In this document: in pieces, positions 17,971 through 27,517 of the stretch | How the letters are laid out: each line of letters starts with the position of its first letter | How positions within the stretch are numbered: the stretch's first letter is position 1 | Assembly: GCA_965650415.1 (NCBI GenBank) | Contig: CBFGOP010000001.1 | Location: 9,731 to 73,730 of the forward strand | Direction: 5' to 3' | DNA length: 64,000 nucleotides | From: an uncultured Prosthecobacter sp. | Lineage (GTDB): Bacteria; Verrucomicrobiota; Verrucomicrobiia; Verrucomicrobiales; Akkermansiaceae | Translations under genes and position numbers: made by a program | Notes under the pieces: model-generated | Database searches by the model: none | What the model saw: the letters and a program-made list of their open reading frames with translations, nothing else | Told to the model about the DNA's origin: nothing

Positions 17971-20405
17971 TGATGAAGTTGTGGATCAAATTTGGATTTA
18001 TCCTGTGGCTGCTTTCGGCTGCACCGTTGTTCGCGCAAACGGTGAAGACAAAGCTCTATTCCTCTTTCCTCGCACGGGGTGAGAAAGCGTTGATGGAGGT
18101 CATCGTTGAAGGAGCCGAGCCTGATACCTTGCCGGTGGTTCCGAAAATTCAAGGTGTCGATATCGATTTGTTAGATCACGGGCCCGGAGATCTTGTCCCA
18201 GGAAGAAAGATCAACTACCGATTTCAATACGTGGTATCGAGTTATGTGATGGGTCGTCACACGGTACCGGAAATCGAAGTCAGTATCGGCGGCAAAATGA
18301 AGAAATCGGCTCCCGCAGAGCTGGAAATTTTCAACCCGGATATCCTGAACTGGAAAGAAGCGGTTTCCAAACCCGAGATCGCTGGCGAGAAATTCCGTTA
18401 TGCGAGTGTGATCAAGATATCGGATCAGAAAATTTTTCAGAACCATACGGTTCCGACCGAAATCAAAATCTATGTTCCAAGCAACATGATGAATTCGGTT
18501 CTGGATTGGGGAGTTCCCGAGTTCGAGCGTGATGGATTGGCTGTCTGGAGGTATGAAGCGAGCGAAGCTCGTGGAGAAGTGAATTTGTTAGGGCAATCCT
18601 ATGTGGCGATTTCCTACGGAAGCACCCTCAGTCCGCTGCGCACGGGTGATGTGACCATTGGACCGGCGAAAGTCCGGTTGACTTATGTCGATATCGTTTT
18701 CGATGGTGCAACGCGTCGCGTTCAGCTGGAAGCCAATCTTGAAGTGGCGGAAAAAGTATTCCAAGCGCTGCCCCTGCCGGAAGGTGCGCCGGCGGGATTT
18801 GACGGGGCAGTGGGACAATTCTCGCTTGAGACCTCAATTCAGAAAGCCGATGTGGTTGAAGGCGAGCCGATTTCACTGGATGTGATCGTTCGCGGGAGTG
18901 GAAATCTCGATATATTGACTTCTCCAAAAATGACCGATGCCAGTGGTTGGAAGGTTTACGACGCGACAGCCAAACAACGCGGTGAAGAAAGACGCGAGCT
19001 AAGCGGTGAAGTGGTCTTCAGCCAGTTCATTCGGCCTCTGGAAATGAAAACTTCGGTTCCGGGATTCCGCATGGTTTATTTCGATCCCAAGACGGAATCC
19101 TATCAGACGGTATCGAGTGAACCGATTCCCATTCTCATGACTCCGATGTTAGGTCGTCCCGGAATCGAGACCGTTGGACCTCCTCAGAAGATGCCAATTC
19201 CGGTTGAGAGAATGACCGATATTCTCGGCTTGATTCACTCGGATTCCCCCTTGATGAAAAAATCCGGTGAGTTTCCGTTTGATCTCATCCAGATCGTTTT
19301 AGGTGTGATCGCGCTGTTGCTGTTGATCAAAGCACTGTGGATGAGATACGGCCATTTGTTGGAAAACGATCCCAAAAAGCTCCAAATGAAAAAGGATTTC
19401 CAAAAAGTCCTCAACTCGGGAAGTTCCAGTGGGTTGGATTTTCTCAAATCTGCGGGTGGGTTTGCTGAAAAATGGCTGATGGACAGCAATGCGGCAGAGG
19501 TTCGTGATGTGATTGAGGAACGAGACCGGCTCTGCTTCCAGAAAGACAAGCAGGATGTCGTGATTCCCTCGAACCGCCGCCAACAGATCATGCGTGCGTT
19601 GAAACGTGTCGCTTTCGGCATGATCCTGATGAGTTTCACGTTGCCGCATCTTCATGCGGGGGATGTGTTGAAAGACGCCGCACGGTTTTATGAAACCGGC
19701 AAATATGAAGATGCAGCGAAGGCTTGGTTGAGTGCGGGCCCTTATTCAGACCTGTCGGCAAACACACTCTACAACATCGGAAACGCGGCGTATCGTATGG
19801 GGGCGGTTGGTGAGGCGGCACTCTATTACCGTCGCGCCTTGGCAAGGGATGCGGGTCATGCGGAAGCAAGGCAAAACCTACGTTTCATCGAGCGCAAACA
19901 CGGTTCAATTACCGTGGAGCGTCCCGCCTATCAGTATGCTCTCGCGAAATTCTCCTTCGAGCTTTGGAAAGGTGGATTGTGGTTGGGCGGATGGGTTTTG
20001 TTCATGAGCGTCTTGGTGTTTTTCGCCACTCGACCTGGCAACCGTTTCCGCGTTGCTGGTGTGGCTGGCTTCATTCTTGGTCCTCTGATGATTTCTTTCG
20101 CGGCCTTGGGTTGTTACTATTATCCAAACGACGCCAAGTTTGCCCCGCTTGCCAGACAGGCGGTGATTGTTGGGGAAAAGGTGGTGTTGCACACCGATGC
20201 CGCCCGCACCTCACCCGAAGTGATCGATGCGCCGCCAGGCTCTCTGGCAGAAGTGATTTATGAAAGCGGTCGCTGGGCTTACATCGGATTTGCAACCAAA
20301 ACCCGTGGTTGGGTTCCGATTGAGGCACTCGAAAAAATTATCCCTGACAAAACACCAAGCCCACCGAAACTGCGTAAGTCAAAGACAGATGGCAGCAGCG
20401 CGTAA
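17970..20405 (+). CDS. batD: BatD-like oxygen-tolerance protein fused to a TPR segment (BatC-like) and a C-terminal SH3b-like domain (BatE-like)
   Basis: Signal peptide, then a large BatD-like beta-rich region and a TM. TPR follows (FYETGKYEDAAKAW...YNIGNAAYRMGAVGEAALYYRRALARD), then two more TM helices and an SH3-like end (GRWAYIGFATKTRGWVPIEAL). The ATG at 17970 overlaps the batB TAA. Confidence 0.8.
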   Translation: MMKLWIKFGFILWLLSAAPLFAQTVKTKLYSSFLARGEKALMEVIVEGAEPDTLPVVPKIQGVDIDLLDHGPGDLVPGRKINYRFQYVVSSYVMGRHTVPEIEVSIGGKMKKSAPAELEIFNPDILNWKEAVSKPEIAGEKFRYASVIKISDQKIFQNHTVPTEIKIYVPSNMMNSVLDWGVPEFERDGLAVWRYEASEARGEVNLLGQSYVAISYGSTLSPLRTGDVTIGPAKVRLTYVDIVFDGATRRVQLEANLEVAEKVFQALPLPEGAPAGFDGAVGQFSLETSIQKADVVEGEPISLDVIVRGSGNLDILTSPKMTDASGWKVYDATAKQRGEERRELSGEVVFSQFIRPLEMKTSVPGFRMVYFDPKTESYQTVSSEPIPILMTPMLGRPGIETVGPPQKMPIPVERMTDILGLIHSDSPLMKKSGEFPFDLIQIVLGVIALLLLIKALWMRYGHLLENDPKKLQMKKDFQKVLNSGSSSGLDFLKSAGGFAEKWLMDSNAAEVRDVIEERDRLCFQKDKQDVVIPSNRRQQIMRALKRVAFGMILMSFTLPHLHAGDVLKDAARFYETGKYEDAAKAWLSAGPYSDLSANTLYNIGNAAYRMGAVGEAALYYRRALARDAGHAEARQNLRFIERKHGSITVERPAYQYALAKFSFELWKGGLWLGGWVLFMSVLVFFATRPGNRFRVAGVAGFILGPLMISFAALGCYYYPNDAKFAPLARQAVIVGEKVVLHTDAARTSPEVIDAPPGSLAEVIYESGRWAYIGFATKTRGWVPIEALEKIIPDKTPSPPKLRKSKTDGSSA

Positions 20406-20411
20406 ATCGAG

Positions 20412-21425
20412 ATGATGATGGAGGAAATGGCATGGTTGGTGAGAACCGATGGCACGGTCGTCCTCGGTCATGGCCCTTTCCGTTCGGTCAGTTCGCCGGC
20501 CGGTGATGAAGTGGCTTTTTACAAACGCTGTTTTCGAGAAACAGAGGAATCGCCCTGGTATGTTCCTGCACGCTTCGAGCATCTTGAACTGCAGCAGTTT
20601 CAGAAATCCCTGATTCAATATCGCGGGCCGATCCAGATCGAATGGGAAACTCCCGATGCCATGCCTTTTTCTTTGGTGTTCCAGGAAATCATGAGCTGCA
20701 TTGCCCAAGGATCGATTGAGAAAACGGTTCCCGTGGTAACCGAACGCGGCAGATTCAAAGACGAAAACGGAATTCAACGCATTATCTCAGCGATGGCCTC
20801 GCAACAGGCACCGCTACATTCGTATGGCTGGGTTGGAATAGATGCGGGTTTTGCGGGCGCGACACCGGAATTGTTATTTTCTATCGATGGCTTGAATTTG
20901 GAAACCATGGCTTTGGCAGGAACCGCTCGACAGGAAGATGAAGCGGTGTTCGGTGTGGATGAAAAGGAAATCCGAGAGCACGAATATGTGGCCCAAACCT
21001 TGGTGGCAAAGCTACACGATTTGGGAAAACTGAGCCGAAAAGAACGTAAGGTCATGCGGCTGGAATCGATCGTTCATTTTCTAACCGGAATTTCCGTGGA
21101 GCTCGAATCGCCTCAGGAACCCGCCCGCTTGTTAAAACGGTTACACCCAACTCCCGCACTGGGGCCGTTACCACGCACCGATCAAAGCATGGCGATGTTG
21201 GGTGAATGGCGTGAACGGCTCGCCTGTCCTCAGGAATTCGGCGCACCGTTCGGGGTGTGGGATCGCGGTGCTTTTGAGGCCGTGGTCGCGATCCGTGGTC
21301 TCTGGTGGAAAGGACAGCAAATCGCTTTGCCTGCAGGTTGTGGAATCATTGAAGCGAGCCGGCTCGTCAACGAGTGGCGCGAGCTTCGCTTGAAACGTGA
21401 AGCGGTGAAACGTTTCTTGATGTGA
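20412..21425 (+). CDS. menF: Isochorismate synthase-like chorismate-binding enzyme (short form)
   Basis: GATPELLFS, HPTPALGPLP, FGAPFGVWD, VAIRGLWW and GCGIIEASRLVNEWRELRLK match chorismate-utilising enzyme C-terminal motifs. It starts 7 nt after the batD stop. Confidence 0.75.
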   Translation: MMMEEMAWLVRTDGTVVLGHGPFRSVSSPAGDEVAFYKRCFRETEESPWYVPARFEHLELQQFQKSLIQYRGPIQIEWETPDAMPFSLVFQEIMSCIAQGSIEKTVPVVTERGRFKDENGIQRIISAMASQQAPLHSYGWVGIDAGFAGATPELLFSIDGLNLETMALAGTARQEDEAVFGVDEKEIREHEYVAQTLVAKLHDLGKLSRKERKVMRLESIVHFLTGISVELESPQEPARLLKRLHPTPALGPLPRTDQSMAMLGEWRERLACPQEFGAPFGVWDRGAFEAVVAIRGLWWKGQQIALPAGCGIIEASRLVNEWRELRLKREAVKRFLM

Positions 21426-21439
21426 AAGGATTCTTGGAT

Positions 21440-21994
21440 ATGACTAAGCCTATGAAATTGCTCAGCTTCTGTATGATTTATTTTATCGCATGTGTGTCAT
21501 GCGTCTCAGCCGCGCCATCGAGCGGATTTGATGCGGTGGACGGGCCTAACGTGCGTGTCATGCATCAGGATGACGGATCGCGCACCGTGTTTGTGCGCAG
21601 CCCTGACAACCGCACACTCACCAAACGGACGTTCAGCAAACAGGGGGTTTTGGCCATGGTCACCATTTACCGTATGGACGAGCATACCAACCCGACCGGT
21701 TGCAAAATTTATGATGGAGACACAAACGAGCTCTACAAAGTCAGCTACGGCTATCGTAAAACCGACGGACGTTTGGTTGAAGAGCGAATGTTCGATTCCC
21801 GAGTAAAGCGAATCAATCCGCAGACAGGCAAGGAAATGCCCGTTCGCCGTTTCATTTACACCTATGATGCCTTGGGTAACCGAAGCGCGCCAATTTCCAT
21901 CACCCTGATTCCGGGTCTCAAGACTGCGGATGAGGTTTTTGGTAAATCCTCCGCCCTTGAAAAAAATCCGTTTGATTCGCCGAAGGGAAGATAA
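21440..21994 (+). CDS. Small secreted protein with YD-repeat-like motifs
   Basis: Signal peptide MKLLSFCMIYFIACVSCVSA. YD-like repeats VSYGYRKTDGRLVEE and YTYDALGNR. The start is uncertain (ATG 21440 or 21452). Confidence 0.6.
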   Translation: MTKPMKLLSFCMIYFIACVSCVSAAPSSGFDAVDGPNVRVMHQDDGSRTVFVRSPDNRTLTKRTFSKQGVLAMVTIYRMDEHTNPTGCKIYDGDTNELYKVSYGYRKTDGRLVEERMFDSRVKRINPQTGKEMPVRRFIYTYDALGNRSAPISITLIPGLKTADEVFGKSSALEKNPFDSPKGR

Positions 21995-22005
21995 GGTGTG
22001 CATCC

Positions 22006-23265
22006 ATGATATCGGATAAACAGCTTTTAACCTTGTTGATCGGTGCGGCCATGGGCGCGGGTGGTTGGTTGTATCGTTTTGAAAAAAGCGGTGGAACCAG
22101 CAGCGAAGCACTGGAAAATCAATTGCGTATCGCTCAGGAGGAAATCGCGATGCTCGCTGAGGAAAATGCTTCCCTGAGATCATTGGCGCAGGGAGGAGGC
22201 GAGTTTTCCGTGCCTCAGGAAATGATTTCTATCGTGGAAAAGGATTATGGTCTAAAGTTTTTGTCCAGCCCGGTGGTACATCGCGTTGCGAGCGAGGAGC
22301 TCGGTTATCGCATCGAAGCGGCGATCGAGAGCCGACTCGGTCCGCAGGGTGTGGACGACCGGCAGGAAGCCTATCTTCGGATCGGCTGGTTGCGCGATGG
22401 TGATGCCTTGTTGGAGCAATCCGTTGCCGTTCGTTCCGTCGGTGCCTTGGTGTGGTTTGATGAACAACTCGGCGAGGGCTGGGTAACGGATCGCTTCAAT
22501 ATGAAAAACATTCCTGATCAGGCGGCGATGAAGCGTTTGTTGGTCCGGATTTTATTGAACCAACATTTTCCCGCTCCGGTGGCTTATCAGGGCGATGATG
22601 CGGCTCGTGCACGCGAGGCTTTGCACGCGGGAGCTGCATCCGGAGCCGAAGCAAGGTTTTTTGCCAACAGCGCGCGGAGTATCGGTTTCATGCCGATGAC
22701 CAACAACAGCGCTGCGGAGAGATTGATGCTCACTCTGCCGCCCTTCATCCAAGGTTTGACGATGTTTCCCGTGATATCGGGTCGAGCTCTTGCCGACACC
22801 CTGTTTGTCAAAGGCGTGGAACCTTTCACCGCCGCATTCCGCAATCCGCCACAAACCACTCACGAACTGGTGTTTCCTGCCGAGGGAAAAAAAGCGGTCA
22901 CGTTTGAAATGCCGAGAGTCGATCCTGAAATTTTCCTCACCGAGAGCGCCGGATACCTGGGCTTGAGATTGTGGCTGGAGGAAATGGGAGATGTCGGAGT
23001 GGCCGAAGAGATCGCGCGGGTGTGGTCTGGAGATGGATATCATCTGTTTGCCGATGGTGACACTTCATCCGCATTGATTTGGGATGTGGAGTTTGTCAGT
23101 GAGGAAATGGCGGCACGCTTTCTGGATCTCGCCGCCCAGCGGGTGGAAGCGATGAAGGAACTGAATCCGCAACGTTTCATCGCGGTGAAAAAAATCTCAC
23201 CGAAGAGAATCCGTTTCCTCAACACAGCGACGGAGAAAACCTTATCCAAATACGCAGGATCATGA
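22006..23265 (+). CDS. Hypothetical membrane-anchored protein (419 aa)
   Basis: N-terminal TM (LLTLLIGAAMGAGGWLY), a short coiled coil, then a large domain with no recognised motifs. Confidence 0.6.
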   Translation: MISDKQLLTLLIGAAMGAGGWLYRFEKSGGTSSEALENQLRIAQEEIAMLAEENASLRSLAQGGGEFSVPQEMISIVEKDYGLKFLSSPVVHRVASEELGYRIEAAIESRLGPQGVDDRQEAYLRIGWLRDGDALLEQSVAVRSVGALVWFDEQLGEGWVTDRFNMKNIPDQAAMKRLLVRILLNQHFPAPVAYQGDDAARAREALHAGAASGAEARFFANSARSIGFMPMTNNSAAERLMLTLPPFIQGLTMFPVISGRALADTLFVKGVEPFTAAFRNPPQTTHELVFPAEGKKAVTFEMPRVDPEIFLTESAGYLGLRLWLEEMGDVGVAEEIARVWSGDGYHLFADGDTSSALIWDVEFVSEEMAARFLDLAAQRVEAMKELNPQRFIAVKKISPKRIRFLNTATEKTLSKYAGS

Positions 23266-23681
23266 AAATCCATACGGCCGAATTCAGCATCCGCACCCAC
23301 GGCAAGGGCACCTACGAGATCACGGACACGATTCAAAGGTTGGTGAATGAGGCGGGGATCACTTCCGGGCAAGTGACCTTGTTGCTGCGCCACACCAGTG
23401 CAAGTCTGATCCTGATGGAAAATGCCGACCCCAGTGCTCGGCGGGATTTGGAGAGATGGTTCGATCGACTGGTTCGCGAGGACGATCCGGATTTTGTTCA
23501 TACCCTCGAAGGTCCCGACGACATGCCGAGCCACATTCGCATGGCTTTGACCCGCTCTTCAGAAGTGATTCCCGTCCACCACGGCCGCATGACTCTCGGA
23601 ACCTGGCAGGGAATTTTCGTTTTCGAGCATCGCCGCGATCCGCATCAACGCAGCATCGCGGTGACGGTGATGGGGATCTAA
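23262..23681 (+). CDS. yjbQ: YjbQ/UPF0047 family protein (secondary thiamine-phosphate synthase-type)
   Basis: 139 aa with the typical UPF0047 pattern (TSASL..NEN.DP....D, EGPDDMPSHI, G.WQGI...E.R). ATGA overlap with the upstream gene. Confidence 0.8.
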   Translation: MKIHTAEFSIRTHGKGTYEITDTIQRLVNEAGITSGQVTLLLRHTSASLILMENADPSARRDLERWFDRLVREDDPDFVHTLEGPDDMPSHIRMALTRSSEVIPVHHGRMTLGTWQGIFVFEHRRDPHQRSIAVTVMGI

Positions 23682-23790
23682 CGATAGAGACTTTGCACCT
23701 GCTACCAAGAGCACTCCTCCGCTTCAGGTTTAGGTTTGTCACTACCCTCAAATCCGACCCGGATCGCGTAGTGGGTTGCTGATTACCGAC

Positions 23791-24252
23791 TTATTCGGCT
23801 TGGTCTATTCGATAGGGAATCTCTTGCCCGTCAACGCTTCGCTTGGAAACCACCTTGGCTTTATCCAAAACTACAGCGCGTCCTCCAGCCGGTAAAGCTT
23901 TCGTCACAATGATTCCGGCGACATTCGTGTATTGGCCCACCCAGTAATCCGAGGGCTGTTCCTCGAACTTCAGCGAAATGCTCGGTATTCCATCTTTGGA
24001 TTCGGGCTCGAAAGGATCGAAAGCTGCATTGTAAAGCGTGTATTCGCTTCCATTGTCGTCGGCAACAAGCCACCCGCGAACGGTCAAATTGACCCCGTCG
24101 GTACCAAGTCCCTGGGAAAGCCCATACAACTCATCAACTATCGAAACTTCACTGAATTCGGTTGCTGAGTTCTGCTCGTTGCTCTTCGACGTATCCCCGC
24201 AACTCGCGATGGTCACTGTGAGTCCGAGGGTGATATACCTGAGCGATTGCAT
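23791..24252 (-). CDS. Hypothetical lipoprotein
   Basis: From ATG 24252: MQSLRYITLGLTVTIASCGD, with lipobox IASC. No family recognised. Confidence 0.6.
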   Translation of the reverse strand: MQSLRYITLGLTVTIASCGDTSKSNEQNSATEFSEVSIVDELYGLSQGLGTDGVNLTVRGWLVADDNGSEYTLYNAAFDPFEPESKDGIPSISLKFEEQPSDYWVGQYTNVAGIIVTKALPAGGRAVVLDKAKVVSKRSVDGQEIPYRIDQAE

Positions 24253-24283
24253 GGTATTATTTTGCCGAATCACTTCAAACCGC

Positions 24284-24850
24284 TCAAGCAAGCAAGGTGC
24301 TGCGTGTGAAGAGCGGAATCACGTGAATACCGCGGGCTTCGATGGCTTCACGACCGCCTTCCTCGCGGTCGACCAGAACGATGGCGAATTTCACATGACC
24401 GCCTTCGCGCTCGATCGCGTCGATGGCTTTGAGGGTCGATCCGCCGGTGGTGATGACATCATCGACCACGATCACGTTTTGGCCGGGAGCGAAGTTGCCC
24501 TCGATTTGTTTTCCGGCACCGTGGCCCTTGGGCTCCTTGCGTACGGTGAAAACCTGCAATGCTTCATCGGGATGGTTGCGGGCGGAGGCCATGCCGATGG
24601 CGAGGGAGATGGGGTCTGCTCCCAGAGTCATGCCGCCGATGGCCTGGATGGAGAGCTTTTCGGAATGGATTTTCGAACGAACCGCGTGCCAGCCGAGTTC
24701 GCCGATCATGGCTGCGCCAAAAGGATCGAGTGCGGTCACGCGGCAGTCGATATAGAGGTCGGATTGCTTGCCGGACGCGAGGGTGAAGGTTCCGGTGCGC
24801 ACGGATTTCTTGAGCAGAAGGGCTTTGAGGTCGGCTGTGGTCTGAAGCAT
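24284..24850 (-). CDS. pyrE: Orotate phosphoribosyltransferase
   Basis: FTLASGKQSDLYIDCR and PRPP-binding VIVVDDVITTGGS. ATG at 24850. The track start at 24988 is an extension into the divergent promoter. Confidence 0.9.
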   Translation of the reverse strand: MLQTTADLKALLLKKSVRTGTFTLASGKQSDLYIDCRVTALDPFGAAMIGELGWHAVRSKIHSEKLSIQAIGGMTLGADPISLAIGMASARNHPDEALQVFTVRKEPKGHGAGKQIEGNFAPGQNVIVVDDVITTGGSTLKAIDAIEREGGHVKFAIVLVDREEGGREAIEARGIHVIPLFTRSTLLA

Positions 24851-24986
24851 GGGCGGAGATTCGGAGTTTCTCGGAAAAGATTCAATCGTGAAACGAGGGA
24901 AAAGAAACTTATCAACAAACGTCGATTTTCTGCATCTCCAGCTTGCCACGGGTGATGGGTCGCCTAGGCTCAGACCCGTAAAGCAC

Positions 24987-25856
24987 ATGAAAATCTGGTT
25001 GGACGGAAAATTGGTTGAGGAGCAAGAGGCGAAAATTTCGGTTTTCGATCACGGCTTGTTGTATGGTGATGGCGTTTTCGAAGGCATCCGTTTTTATAAC
25101 GGACGCGTCTTCCGCCTCGAAGAACACATCAGACGTCTGTTTGACTCTGCGAAGGCGATTCTTTTGGAAATCCCATGGACTCAGGAAGAAGTTTGCAAAT
25201 ACACCTGCGAAACCGTCGCAGCCAACGGCCTGAAGGATGGATACATCCGTTTGGTGGTCACTCGCGGTGAAGGCGGTTTGGGATTGAATCCTTATCTCTG
25301 CCCCAAAGCATCGATGTTCATCATCGCCGCAACCATCCAGTTGTATCCGGTCGAGCATTACGAAAAAGGCCTGGCCTTGATCACTTGCGCGACGCGTCGT
25401 CCCGCACCTGCTGCCTTGATGCCACAGGTGAAAAGTTTGAACTACCTCAACAACGTCATGGCAAAGGTCGAGGCGATTCAAGGTGGAGCTCTCGAAGCTG
25501 TGATGCTCAACGAGCAGGGTTACGTGGCCGAGTGCACGGGAGACAACCTGTTCATCATCAAAAACGGTGAACTGGTCACCCCGTTGATTTCCGACGGCGC
25601 CCTCGATGGAATCACCCGCGCCGTTATCCTGGAAATCGCTCACAAGCTCGGCGTCAAAGTCGTGGAGCGCTCGATCACCCGTTACGACATCTTTGTTTCG
25701 GACGAATGTTTCCTTACCGGCACGGCTGCGGAAGTGATTCCCGCGGTTTCCTTGGATCGACGTGTGATCGGCGATGGCAAGCCCGGACCGATGACGAAAA
25801 AATTCCTCTCCGAGTTCCAATTGCTCGCCAACAGCACTGGAACTCCGATCGGATGA
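24987..25856 (+). CDS. ilvE: Branched-chain amino acid aminotransferase (fold type IV)
   Basis: From ATG 24987: MKIWLDGKLVEEQEAKISVFDHGLLYGDGVFEGIR, KSLNYLNNVMAK, ECTGDNLF, FLTGTAAEV. Confidence 0.88.
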   Translation: MKIWLDGKLVEEQEAKISVFDHGLLYGDGVFEGIRFYNGRVFRLEEHIRRLFDSAKAILLEIPWTQEEVCKYTCETVAANGLKDGYIRLVVTRGEGGLGLNPYLCPKASMFIIAATIQLYPVEHYEKGLALITCATRRPAPAALMPQVKSLNYLNNVMAKVEAIQGGALEAVMLNEQGYVAECTGDNLFIIKNGELVTPLISDGALDGITRAVILEIAHKLGVKVVERSITRYDIFVSDECFLTGTAAEVIPAVSLDRRVIGDGKPGPMTKKFLSEFQLLANSTGTPIG

Positions 25857-25874
25857 TAGTAAGTTTCATGCCAC

Positions 25875-26393
25875 ATGAAGTGCAATTACTGCGATAACAA
25901 AGCGACGGTGTTTCTAACCCAACTCGCGGAAGGACAGATGAAAAAAGTCTGTCTCTGCGAGACGTGCGCCAAAGAACGCGGTGTGACCGACCCTACGGGG
26001 TTTTCCATGGCGGAAAAACTGTTGGGTGATTTTCAAAAAGTGATCGGCAGTGCGGCGGTTTTGGAAGGGGTGGTGAAATCCATCGGCTCCGGAAAAAGCT
26101 GCCCGGAATGCGGTTTCTCGATGGAGGATTTCCAAAAGGTCCGTCGTTTCGGTTGCGCGAATTGTTACAAGGTTTTTGCCACCGAGCTCGCCCCGATGAT
26201 GCGCGGGATGCACAAGGGCTTCCATCACGTCGGCAAGGTCCCGGCCGGGTTAATCGAAAACCAGGTGCGCGTGCAGCGGATCGAAGAACTGCAGGGCAGG
26301 CTCGATCAGGCGATCGCTTCCGAGAGTTATGAGGAAGCCGCACAAATCCGGGATGAAATCACCAAGCTCAATCAGCAGGAGGTGAGCCGATGA
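25875..26393 (+). CDS. mcsA: McsA-like protein arginine kinase activator (UvrB/C-motif protein)
   Basis: Four Cys pairs (CNYC, CLCETC, CPEC, CANC) and a C-terminal UVR-like motif (ESYEEAAQIRDEI). It lies directly upstream of mcsB. Confidence 0.8.
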   Translation: MKCNYCDNKATVFLTQLAEGQMKKVCLCETCAKERGVTDPTGFSMAEKLLGDFQKVIGSAAVLEGVVKSIGSGKSCPECGFSMEDFQKVRRFGCANCYKVFATELAPMMRGMHKGFHHVGKVPAGLIENQVRVQRIEELQGRLDQAIASESYEEAAQIRDEITKLNQQEVSR

Positions 26394-27517
26394 TGCGGTT
26401 CACCACATTGGTCAAACATCCGGCCGACTGGATGATCGGCTCCGATGACCAGCACAGCGCGGTCATCACCTCTCGCATCCGTCTCGCCAGAAACCTTCGA
26501 GGTCATCCGTTTCCCGGCTGGGCGAAAAAATCGGAACGCACTGAGATTCTTAAAATCTTGCGACCCGCCGTTGAGGATCTCGCCCCGATGAAGGACGGTT
26601 TCTCCCACGAACTCGGCGAACTCACTTCGCTCCAGAAACAGGTCTTGGTGGAACGCCACCTCATTTCCCGCGAGCACGCCGCTCGCACCGACGGCTCCAG
26701 CGCGGTCATCGAACGCCGTCAGAGTTTTTCCTTCATGCTCAACGAGGAGGATCACCTCCGCATGCAGTCGATCCGTCCGGGTCTACGCCTGACCGAGGCT
26801 TATCGTGCCTTGAATGAACTCGATAGTGAACTGGAGAAAAAGGTCGAGTATGCGTTCGATCCATCCCTGGGTTATCTCACTACCTGTCCCACCAACCTCG
26901 GTACCGGCATGCGGGCCTCCGCAATGTTGCATCTACCGGCTTTGGTTTTGAGCGACCAGATCGGCCAAGTCTTGCAGGCGGTCAACAAAATCGGCCTCGC
27001 GGTGAGGGGACTCTATGGGGAGGGCACCGAGTCGCTCGGTAACCTTTATCAAATTTCCAACCAATCCACCCTCGGGGAGAGTGAGGAATTTATCATCAGT
27101 CGTTTGGAACGTGTGATTTCCCAAGTAGCAACCCACGAGCAAAACGCCCGTGAAAAGCTCATAGAAGACGATCCCGATATGGTGGCAGACAAGATGGGTC
27201 GAGCCTACGGCGTGCTGCGTCACGCGCATTTGATCGATTCCAAGGAAGCCCTGACCCACCTGTCCTTGCTGCGTTTGGGCGGAAATCTCGGGTTTTTCCC
27301 GAAAAACACCGTGAATTTGTGCGATTCCCTGCTCATGGACATCCAGCAGGCTCATTTGCAGCTTCATGCTGGCATGAAATTGTCTCCGGAGCACCGAGAT
27401 CTGATCCGCGCAGAAATTTTACGCTCTCGTTTGCAATCTCTGAATTCCCCCGATAGTTTTTCATCAAATCATAAAACCGAACGTCCGGACCCGGGCGTTA
27501 ACCCAGAAGAATCATGA
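26390..27517 (+). CDS. mcsB: Protein arginine kinase (ATP:guanido phosphotransferase family)
   Basis: Phosphagen-kinase core motifs [37 protein letters not shown] overlap with mcsA. Confidence 0.88.
   Translation: MMRFTTLVKHPADWMIGSDDQHSAVITSRIRLARNLRGHPFPGWAKKSERTEILKILRPAVEDLAPMKDGFSHELGELTSLQKQVLVERHLISREHAARTDGSSAVIERRQSFSFMLNEEDHLRMQSIRPGLRLTEAYRALNELDSELEKKVEYAFDPSLGYLTTCPTNLGTGMRASAMLHLPALVLSDQIGQVLQAVNKIGLAVRGLYGEGTESLGNLYQISNQSTLGESEEFIISRLERVISQVATHEQNAREKLIEDDPDMVADKMGRAYGVLRHAHLIDSKEALTHLSLLRLGGNLGFFPKNTVNLCDSLLMDIQQAHLQLHAGMKLSPEHRDLIRAEILRSRLQSLNSPDSFSSNHKTERPDPGVNPEES

Noticed and set aside
24038-25820. ORFs 24038..24955(+) and 24912..25820(-)
   Set aside because: They are antisense shadows of pyrE and ilvE respectively.
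24851-25874. Search for CtsR boxes (GGTCAAA tandem) or CIRCE (TTAGCACTC-N9-GAGTGCTAA) upstream of mcsA
   Set aside because: Neither motif was found by eye in the pyrE-ilvE intergenic region or the 18-nt ilvE-mcsA gap. A single GGTCAAA at about 26409 lies inside mcsB coding sequence and is not tandem.
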